Shown here: positions 54,651 to 64,000 of the stretch, piece by piece
Layout: each line of letters starts with the position of its first letter
How positions within the stretch are numbered: the stretch's first letter is position 1
From: Octopus sinensis
Taxonomy: Eukaryota
Length of the DNA: 64,000 nucleotides
Assembly: GCF_006345805.1 (NCBI RefSeq)
Contig: NC_043005.1
Coordinates: 103,478,001 to 103,542,000, forward strand
Reading direction: 5' to 3'
The notes under the pieces: model-generated
The model's database searches: none
What the model was told of the DNA's origin: nothing
What the model saw: the letters and a program-made list of their open reading frames with translations, nothing else
Program-made: the position numbers and the translations under genes

Positions 54651-55730
54651 TGCTGCAAATTCATTGTAGGGCATTGTCTTATAGTAAGGGTTCCGACTGC
54701 CGTATCTTTCTAACTTTGATATGATACTCTCGGTTCCGTGTGTTTTCATCAATGCGTAAGTATTTGTAGCATCCTGTGGAAAAGGCGAGTTGGTTAGAGC
54801 GTAGTTGCACAGATTTTGGCTCTGTCTATCGGACACTCTGTCTGTCTGCATGTCTGTTTGTCTGCATGTATGTATTTCTTCTTTTTGCAATATCCTGTCT
54901 TGCTTTACATTGGTACGTCAGCTTGTAGAATTCATCTCGTTCAAAATCCGACTGCAGTCAATTTTTTTTCCCCGAAACAAAGATATGTTTCAGCGCAAGC
55001 CGTTTCATATATAGGTGTGTGTGTGTGTGTGTGTGTGTATGCATGTATGTATGTAGGTAGGTAGGTAGGTAGGTAGGTAGGTAAGTAGGTAGGTATTTAG
55101 GTAGGTAGGTAGATAGGTAGATAGGTAAGAAGGTATGTAGGTATGTACATTCACCCACGAACACACACACGCACAATTATATGTATGTATTTATGAATAA
55201 CATTTTTTCTGAGATAAGTTCGTTAAGACTTCTCATAACAGTAAAAGGAATCATTTTTTTTTTCAAAACTTTTTCGGGATTTTGTTTATGTTCACTTTCT
55301 CCCTTATTATTATTGTTGTGGTCTTCGTTGTGTTTGTTGTTGTTGTTGATTTTGTTGTTGTTGTTTGTATATTTTAGATTCGGTATTTAACGAGCAGACA
55401 CATAGTGCCGAAGTAGGTGAAATGTAGGGACGTAGATAAGGTTATTGATTTATGTGTTTCAATCGGTCGAGGTAATCATCAGGAATTTTTGTAGCCAAAC
55501 TTGACAGCGATCAGCGAGAGTTAACACTGATGAAATGAAGCAACGGTGTCTTTTTTTTTTCTTTATTCTGCTTTGCTCTTGTGTGTGTGTGGTGTTGCTT
55601 TTTTTGTGTTTTTATGGATTGATTTTTTTTTCTTCCACTGGTGATGTGACTCTGATTGGATGAAATGGTTTCGTATCGAAATGCTAAATGTAGAGGGAAA
55701 AAATTAGGTGTGAGAAGCAGATAGTAATAA

Positions 55731-55761
<31 letters not shown>

Positions 55762-55859
55762 AAGAAGAAGAAAAAGGGAAGAAGGCATGGAGAAATGGAA
55801 AAATAAATGAAAACAAATGATGGGTAAATTGGCGGGAAAGAAACTATCGGTAATGGTAA

Positions 55860-56092
55860 CGGTAATGATGATGACAGCATGCTGCTGTTGCTGTTGATGA
55901 TGAAGATGATGAAGAGGTGGAAAAGAGTGATGGTGATGATGATGATGATGAGGATGATGATGGGTGTGGGGGTGGTAGTGGCGGTGGTGATGATGATGAT
56001 TATGATGATGGTGGTGATGATGATGATGGTGATGATGATGGTAGTGGTGCTGGTGGTGGTAGTGGTGGTGGTGGTTGCTTTTGGGTGGTGGT
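55860..56092. repeat. (GAT/GGT)n low-complexity tract
   Basis: Directly visible. Confidence 0.9.
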
Positions 56093-56287
56093 GTGAACTT
56101 CGTCGCAAAACGGAAGAGCAGGCTGTGAAGTGACGAAGAGGAGGAGGAATATTAAACAAGAAGAAAGAAAAGAAAAAAAACAAAGCGAAAAGAGAGTTTC
56201 AAGAAAAAAATCGTATTTGTGTAGATGTGTTGGATGTAGTACAGGACGTGTGTGTGTATAAATGTGTGTTGGAAGATGTATATATAA

Positions 56288-56329
<42 letters not shown>

Positions 56330-57832
56330 ATGGGTTTGTTAACGAACAACTTGGAAAGTTTTGTGAGTTTTAGTATTTTCTTCAGTGAAACAGAAGTGGA
56401 ATGGAATGGAACTAATAATTGTCTTTGCACAGTTCGTTACTGGAAATAGAATGGTGTCTTAGACATTCTTGATGGCATTCTTGATGACATTCTTGATGGC
56501 TCTGTCATCCCTTAATGATCCTGGTTCTGGATAGCTGTAATCGAAGGCGATCTAATCGTGACCATCCTGTCTTTTTTTCGTTCAAATATTTCTTTAGCTA
56601 TATTTCCTATTGTACCCCCTTTTTTAATGAGAGGGTAATTATCTACTATTTCTCAAGTTTTATTATTACTAGCGGTAATACACCTTGATGAGTCGTTGCT
56701 CCATTCTCAGTAATATGTTTGTCTTCGTTTGTGAATTTAGTGGAGAATGTGTTTTTGTTTTTTTTTTTCCGCTGATCACTCGAGAAGTTCATGATTCCTT
56801 TATCACGGTAATCATTCCAAAATTCTTAGGCGAAAAGGAAATTATCATTTAACCAGAAACCTAACCAAATATCTGCAATACAGGGAACTCCACTAAAGGC
56901 ACAGAATATCACTGAGGTGGTATTAAACCGGATTACTGATCAAGTCTAACATACAAGCAACCGGCGAGAAATCCTGCTTAGGATCTCATCTGACACAAAA
57001 TTCCGCGAAGCCAACACCTTGCAATGATAATTTATTTTATTGACTTTGAAAGAATATAAGGCAAAAATAAGTTCGAAGTGGTTTGAACTGGAAAACCGTA
57101 ACACATACCTCAAGGCTTTCTGTTCTACCCTCTAATAATTCTACCAGTTCCCTACCGTACCTTATCACTATTGATGCTGACATGCATATTTTAAAGAACT
57201 TTAAAACAATGTAAATGATAAATCAGGCAAAATATGTAAGCTGATGTCTATACATACAAAGACAAGATATATCACGACATCTCATGGGTCGTTTAGTGCT
57301 TCTATTATATTTTAGGAAAGATTCTTCCTATTAAATACAAGAAAGAAAATATCCAAGAGTTCTGGGGGGAAATGTTATGATCGACAGGCTAGTCTGTCCC
57401 ACTCTCCAACGATTCTGCAAACTCACTGCTCTTTGCTGTTATGATGGGCAAGCTCTTGACATCTCCTTATATATTTTGCCTAACTTTCGTCTTTCGTAAA
57501 ACATTTGTATCATTTATATGTTACAATCCATCAAGAAAATTACTGTAAGTTGTTGAGACTATAAGTTGTTGTTTAGCTCTTCGGCAGTCCTGGGTGCACG
57601 GAGCTATTCATTGAGTTCTTTACTAGTACTGAATTGACCAACAAGTTCACATTTTAATAGGACGGACAGCGTGCGATTTGAAAGAATTGTAGCTGTTATT
57701 TCTACACGTTTAAAAGCTGTCGTTGGCTTCATAAGAATGCATTATTGAAAGATTTAGAAAAATATTAATCAATTTTAAACTTCTAGCTTAGAAGTCAATT
57801 TTATAAGATTTAATATCTTTCGGCTCCCGCTA

Positions 57833-58085
57833 CATCATCCTATCAGAGCTTTTCTGTCATTCAACGCAGCAGCTGCCGACCGGAAGAGGTCGCGAGGCAG
57901 GCCCCGCATCAGATGATTGGACGTGATTGGGGAAGATCTCCAGATGATCGACTCACCTTGGAGGACGCAGAGGGGCTGGCACTGGACCGCCAGTGATCTA
58001 GAGCACTGATGTACCTGATCGGCTTTACGCATGATGTCACTTCTGGGACCTCTAACTTGAAATGATCCTAGCCCCATCAAGTAAG
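57833..58085 (+). mobile_element. RTE-clade LINE 3' fragment
   Basis: HPIRAFLSF...RKRSRGRPRIR*LDVIGEDLQMI / LTLEDAEGLALDRQ*: RTE C-terminal GRP-RW-D motif with a stop and a frameshift. Confidence 0.75.
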
Positions 58086-58189
58086 AGCATGAAGCAAGCA
58101 AACAAGTTAATAGCAAACTTCAACTAACAAATATCTCTAATATTTTTTTTAATATAGATGTGTGTGCATGTGTAGAGTGTGCATTCGTT

Positions 58190-58768
58190 TTCATTTCATC
58201 TAGTTTCAGCTCACGCGCTGCGGCCATGCTGGGGCACTGCCATTCGGTGTTGCTACATGATTTTACCTCACGAATGCTTTTTAGCAATTGACATTTGGTG
58301 CATGAGAGAATTTGATGCAGCTGCCCTCATCTGCACCTCCTGCCGTGAAGTTGGTTCATCTGGGACACCTGACAGGAAGAGATCCAGCTTTATTTTAAAG
58401 ACATCTGCACCCATCCCATGCAGGTCTCTTAGGTCCTTCGGGAGGATATTGAAGAGCTGTGGGCCTCTGAAACCCAGGCTATCGCAGTATCTTGTCCTAC
58501 ACCTTGATGTCAAATTTGGAGTCCTTGGCACTATGCAGTGGCGCCCAGTTCTAGTATTTGTGTAACTCTCGATGCCAAAGTTTGGGACAAGTCCTTCCAG
58601 GATCTTCCAGATGTATATTATGGCATATCTTTCTCGCCTACGCTCTAAGGAATAGAGTCTTAATCTCTTGAGTATTTCCCAATAGCTTATATGCTGCATA
58701 GAGGCTATCTTCTTCGTGTAGCTTCGTTGGATTGCCTCAAGTTCTGAGATTAATTTGACACTGGTTGG
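58190..58768 (-). mobile_element. CR1-group LINE, 5'-truncated 3' end
   Basis: ELEAIQRSYTKKI...YWEILKRLRLYSLERRRERYAIIYIWKILEGLVPN...GPQLFNILP...FKIKLDLFL, then a short 3' UTR. Confidence 0.9.
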
Positions 58769-59054
58769 TGTGCATGTGTGTGTTTGTACGTGTCTGAGCT
58801 TTGGGCTAATGCAACATCTGAACATTATTAATGTTTTCTCTCCTTTTAAGTTTCATTTTCAGATTTCAGATTTACCGTCCTTTGTATTTCGCAGAAATAA
58901 CTTAGTAGAGGAATTACCATCTTATCTTCTAAACTTTTGCATTCAGCAAGCTCTTTAGAAGTATTCTCAGTTGCAAACACACACACTCACACATACACTC
59001 ACACTCACACACACACAAATACATACACACAAACACGCTGCACACGTATGTATA

Positions 59055-59467
59055 CTCTTTTACTCTTTTACTTGTTTCAGTCATTTGACTGCGGCCATGC
59101 TGGAGCACCGCCTTTAGTCGAGCAAATCGACCCCGGGACTTATTCTTTGTAAGCCCAGTACTTATTCTATCGGTCTCTTTTGCCGAACTGCTAGGTGACG
59201 GGGACGTAAACACACCAGCATCGGTTGTCAAGCAATGCTAGGGGGACAAACACAGACACACAAACACAGACACACACACATACATATATACATATATATA
59301 CATATATACGACAGGCTTCTTTCAGTTTCCGTCTACCAAATCCACTCACAAGGCATTGGTCGGCCCGGGGCTATAGCAGAAGACACTTGCCCAAGATGCC
59401 ACGCAGTGAGACTGAACCCGGAACCATGTGGTTGGTTAGCAAGCTACTTACCACACAGCCACTCCTG
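59055..59467 (-). mobile_element. SINE family B, full length
   Basis: 10-bp TSD cgtatgtata at 59045-59054 and 59468-59477. Confidence 0.93.
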
Positions 59468-60060
59468 CGTATGTATATTAATTCAACGTTTCCTTCTGAT
59501 TCTTCCATGTGACAGTTGCTCTGACGTATCGATATCCTAAACACTGATCTACGCTACCGCAGCAGCTGTCATTATTTCTTTCAATGTCAACTGAATGTCA
59601 TTTTCTGTTTTGGACCTTCTGATCAGAAAATGGCTCCACGTCTGAAGAAACCTGATTACGTTGCAAGCAATATTTTTGGTCTTAACAGATTAATGTTGTG
59701 TGATAAGAAATTATAGATAATTTAGAATAACCCTCGAAGCGAGGTGAAAAATTTAATTAACTGAATGACGAATTCTGGTGAAGAAAGCAAAAGAATCAAC
59801 TACAGCCTCCGAATCTATAAAGGAGTAATTCTAATCATCGGGTATGGATTGATAATTCTGAATATATTCCGGTCTGGTTGCAACTCATCAATCAAACAGA
59901 CTAACAATTAATATCATATCTTAGAAGGGTTTAGGTGACTTGAGAAACAGGATTCGGTGGTGAAACATTGAGAAGAATGATAATTTACAAGAATAATGCT
60001 TAGTGGGAGGATACTAAAAAACTGACTGAATAAAAATTGAAAAAAAGATCGAGTGACAGA

Positions 60061-60660
60061 AACGGTGAGCTGGCAGAAACGTTAGCACACCGGGCAAAAT
60101 GCTTAGCAGTATTTCGTCTGCCGCTACGTTCTGAGTTCAAATTCCGCCGATATCGATTTTGCCTTTCATCCTTTCTGGGTCGATAAATTAAGTACCAGTC
60201 ACGCACTGCGGGTCGATATAATCAACTTAATCCGTCTGTCTGTCCTTGTTTGTCTCCTCTGTGTTTAGCCCCTTGAGGGTAATAAAGAAATAGGTATTTC
60301 GTCTGTCTTTACTTCTGAGTTCAAATTCCGCCGAGGTCGACTTTGCCTTTCATCCTTTCGGGGTCGATTAAATAAGTACCAGTTACGCACTGAGGTCGAT
60401 ATAATCGAGTTAATCCGTTTGTCTGTCCTTGTTTATCCTCTCTATGTTTAGCCCCTTGTGGGTAGTAAAGAAATAGATATTTCGGCTGCCGTTACGTTCT
60501 GAGTTCAAATTCGGCCAAGGTCGACTTTGCCTTTCATCCTTTCGTGGTCGATAAATTAAGTACCAGTTACGCACTGGGGTCGACGTAATCGACTTAATCC
60601 CTTTGTCTGTCCTTGTTTGTCCCATCTATGTTTAGCCCCTTGTGGGTAGTAAAGAAATAA
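60061..60660 (+). mobile_element. SINE family A trimer
   Basis: One head, three bodies. Confidence 0.9.
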
Positions 60661-61201
60661 GAAACGTAACTAACAATAATCATCTGGTGTCATATATGGA
60701 TAAATTGATAGAAATAAACAGATAAAATCTCGAAAGACAGACAACTAGGAAAATGATAGTAGAAGTTTGTTATATCACGCACGATGCATGAATACATAGA
60801 ACTACGAATGGTTTTATGGTTGTGCGCGCGTGTATGAGTGAGCGGGTGCAATGGACTGATTTATTCGGAGCAGTATCTTCCTCTTGGTTGTTATAGTCAC
60901 AATGGTTCGATCATCATGCACTCGTCCTACTTTATGTACCAATCGTGCTTGATGATATTCTCGGAATTTCCAACCACACTCTATAACACTACAGTGACAG
61001 TTTTATGTCATTTAACTGCTTATACCAGATATATTCTCCTTGCTAGTTATTGTACTTCATCTGATATTGCAAGTCTGTTACCCTTCAATGAGTATATTTT
61101 GCATGACTGACTGACGGATTGAACTCACACTCACTGGTTAGTACTTAAATCAATGTTTGTATCCAATGCCCATTTATTCTGATCGTAGGTATTGGGAATT
61201 A

Positions 61202-61614
61202 AAGGCGGCGAGCTGGCAGAATCGTTACACCCGGGCAAAATGCGTAGCCGTATTTCGTCTGCCGCTACGTTCTGAATTCAAATTCCGCCGAGGTCGACTT
61301 TGCATTTTATCCTTTCGGGGTCGGTAAATTAAGTACAAGTTACGCACTGGGGTCGATATAATCGACTTAATCCGTTTGTCTGTCCTTATTTGTCCCCTCT
61401 ATGTTTAGCCCCTTGCGGGTAGTAAAGAAATAGGTATTTCGTCTGCCGTTACGTTCTGAGTTCAAATTTCGCCGAGGTTGACTTTGCCTTTCATCCTTTC
61501 GGGGTCGATAAATTAAGTACCAATTACGCAGTTGGGTCGATGTTATCGACTTAATCCGTTTGTCTGTCCTTGTTTGTTCCCTCTGTGTTTAGCCCCTTGT
61601 GGGTAGTAAAGAAA
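61202..61614 (+). mobile_element. SINE family A dimer
   Basis: 16-bp TSD taggtattgg(g/a)aatta at 61186-61201 and 61615-61630. Confidence 0.92.
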
Positions 61615-61899
61615 TAGGTATTGGAAATTAGAAGCTTTAAACAATTTCTTTTTTCTTTTCCTTTTTTTTCGGGGTCATAGATTTTATGTTCTTGACTTCT
61701 TAAAAGACCTTATATGGAGTTCATCGCTGTGTTTGGGCTATTGTTGAGGCTATCAAGGCCAAGTTTCTGTCAGTCATGTTACCTTTTAATGCCAATAGCT
61801 TGAATTAGTTCTCCTTTTCCTCTACAAATTATTGATCATGTCTGACTCTCTAATCTCTTGAGAGAAAGGAATTTTATAGTGCTCTTCTAGCCTTATTTT

Positions 61900-62295
61900 A
61901 GGAGCGAATAGTCTAAACATTCATATTTCCTGCTTGTCACAATATTAGGAGACCACAGTTCTCGTACATAATCTCTCTGTGGAGGCTTTATTCGTGAGAG
62001 AGATCCCCGAAGGACAGGCCTACTCTTAAATACTGTCTTGATGCATAAATCGCGAATTTCCTGATTTCTTTTCAGATATATCGGACAAAATTTATATCGA
62101 CAACGGCATGAGAACAATCACTACATAGATTAAAAAGAGTTCAGCTCCAAATTCCAGGAGTATTAATGTCTATGACTGGCATCTGAAGAAGGTCGGAGGA
62201 TACAATAACCAAAACATCGTGGCTATAACAACAATGATTTGGAAATTAAACCGGATATATCAGTGTATTTATAAATATAAAATCTCATCCTAGAA
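61900..62295 (+). mobile_element. Decayed Penelope-like 3' end (GIY-YIG C-terminus-like peptide plus hammerhead-like motif)
   Basis: EALFVRE (61982-62002) ... RPTL resembles the EAxxI..PxLN motif; ggcat-CTGAAGA-a-ggt..acc-aaaac at 62178-62223 resembles the SINE D tail. Confidence 0.4.
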
Positions 62296-62310
62296 CAGCT
62301 AATAATATTT

Positions 62311-62600
62311 TAAATAACTTAGACCGGTTTTGACCATTATTGGACATGGCCATGTTTAACTTACTAATTCTATCTGTGTCGGTTTTTAAGTTATATTTTA
62401 GCACAATATCACATTACTCAAGTAAGGAATTGTTATTTGGCGAAATGTATCTAGGTGTAGATGGTTTGCTTGAGATTTCTTGGAATAATTTGTCCAGGTA
62501 ACGTTTTGAATATTATAAGAGTTTTTCCTTCAGCAATTATTTTCGTGATAATGTTGAATATAGCAAGACTAGCTGAGTCAAGAAAAACTTTGTTGCAACA
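62311..62600 (-). mobile_element. Decayed CR1-group LINE 3' end related to 51930-52455
   Basis: KRYLDKLFQEI...SPNNNSLLE and 3' UTR catggcc..aataatggtcaaaacc..ctaagtt match the 52300-52450 copy. Confidence 0.7.
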
Positions 62601-62682
62601 TTGTTACATAATGTGAGAGTTATTCTTGAAAGGAGTGTAAGGCACTGGATCCTAGTTTAAGTCGTCGTTTGAACTTGATACT

Positions 62683-63286
62683 TATTTCTTTACTGCCCAC
62701 AAGGGGCTAAACACAGAGGAGACAAACACGAACAGACAAACGGATTAAGTCGATTATATCGACTCCAGTGCGTAACTGGTACTTATTTAATCGACTCCGA
62801 AAGAATGAAAGGCAAAGTCGACCTCGGCGGAATTTGAACTCAGAACGTAACGGCAGACGAAATACCTATTTCTTTATTACCCACAAGTGGCTAAACACAG
62901 AGGGGACAAACAAGGACAGACATAGGTATTAAGTCGATTACATCGACCCCAGTGCGTAACTGGTACTGATTTCATTGATCCTGAAAGGATGAAAGGCAAA
63001 GTCGACCTCGGCGGAATTTGAACTCAGAACGTAACGGCAGACGAAATACCTATTTCTTTATTACCCACAAGTGGCTAAACACAGAGGGGACAAACAAGGA
63101 CAGACATAGGTATTAAGTCGATTACATCGACCCCAGTGCGTAACTGGTACTTAATTTATCGACCCCGAAAGGATGAAAGGCAAAGTCGACCTCGGCGGAA
63201 TTTGAACTCAGAACGTAGCGGCAGACGAAATACCGCTAAGCATTTCGCCCGGCGTGCTAACGTTTCTGCCAGCTCGCCGCCTTATG
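62683..63286 (-). mobile_element. SINE family A trimer
   Basis: 18-bp TSD tcgt(t/g)tgaacttgatact at 62665-62682 and 63287-63304. Confidence 0.92.
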
Positions 63287-63789
63287 TCGTGTGAACTTGA
63301 TACTGTCAACCATTGGACAGCGCTGGTGGAATATTTTCCAATTGCTAGAAAAGTAATGCTCACAATGGCATTGGAAAGAAAAGCGTTAGTAAATGTGCTT
63401 GCGTGAATGTATGCATACAGGTGTATATGTGAGTACAAATGCTGTATCTGCATGTGTGTGCAGGCGCGTGTATAGGTAAGTATATAGTAAACTCGGTTTC
63501 AGCACGAAGAGCAATAATGCTGCCCAATATTGTTACATCCATGCAATTCCAAATGAAATATCTACTAAACTACATCTTTCCTCAAATATACTATGCCACC
63601 GAGGAAATAACTTTTACTTATACACCACAAAGCTACAGTACGCTGAGTCGAATTAAATACGCTTTAATATCTAAAATGCGAATCGTCCTCTTACTCACAC
63701 GCATGCGTGCACACGCACATACATATATGTATATAGGCATATATGAACATGTTCATGCATATATATATTATGCGTGTGCATGTGTGTGT

Positions 63790-63796
63790 ATGAATG

Positions 63797-63846
<50 letters not shown>

Positions 63847-63907
63847 TAAATAGATATAGGTACATAGGTAGATAGATATAGATATAGATATATATACAAA
63901 TATATGA

Positions 63908-63943
<36 letters not shown>

Positions 63944-63952
63944 TATATATAT

Positions 63953-63994
<42 letters not shown>

Positions 63995-64000
63995 TAATAT
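63790..64000. repeat. (TA)n/(GA)n/(TAGA)n microsatellites
   Basis: Directly visible. Confidence 0.95.

Overview
AT-rich, microsatellite-dense animal DNA with no confidently identifiable intact host gene. The SINE, LINE and mariner content looks like a coleoid cephalopod, probably Octopus; this is my recognition, not a database result. Most listed ORFs are translations of (TA)n, (TACA)n, (CAT)n and similar repeats. The window holds at least four tRNA-derived SINE families, one of which often occurs as head-less tandem multimers. It also holds CR1- and RTE-type LINE 3' ends, nested mariner/Tc1 relics, a MITE-like palindrome, a Helentron-like element and a few weak candidate exons on the minus strand. 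Three signals stand out. (1) A dispersed set of minimal type I hammerhead ribozyme motifs with self-complementary stem III (best copies 37745-37855, 41214-41309, 38827-38911, 8582-8647), mostly in short unrelated segments wedged between (TA)n tracts, of the Penelope-like/retrozyme kind. (2) A tRNA-headed SINE whose tail is a Penelope-type hammerhead repeat, with an inverted 5' copy (12405-12808). (3) A 2.1-kb, TSD-bounded element encoding only an L1/Tx1-like ORF1 (RRM-like region plus CCHC knuckle), with no reverse transcriptase, inserted into a SINE head (49475-51578).
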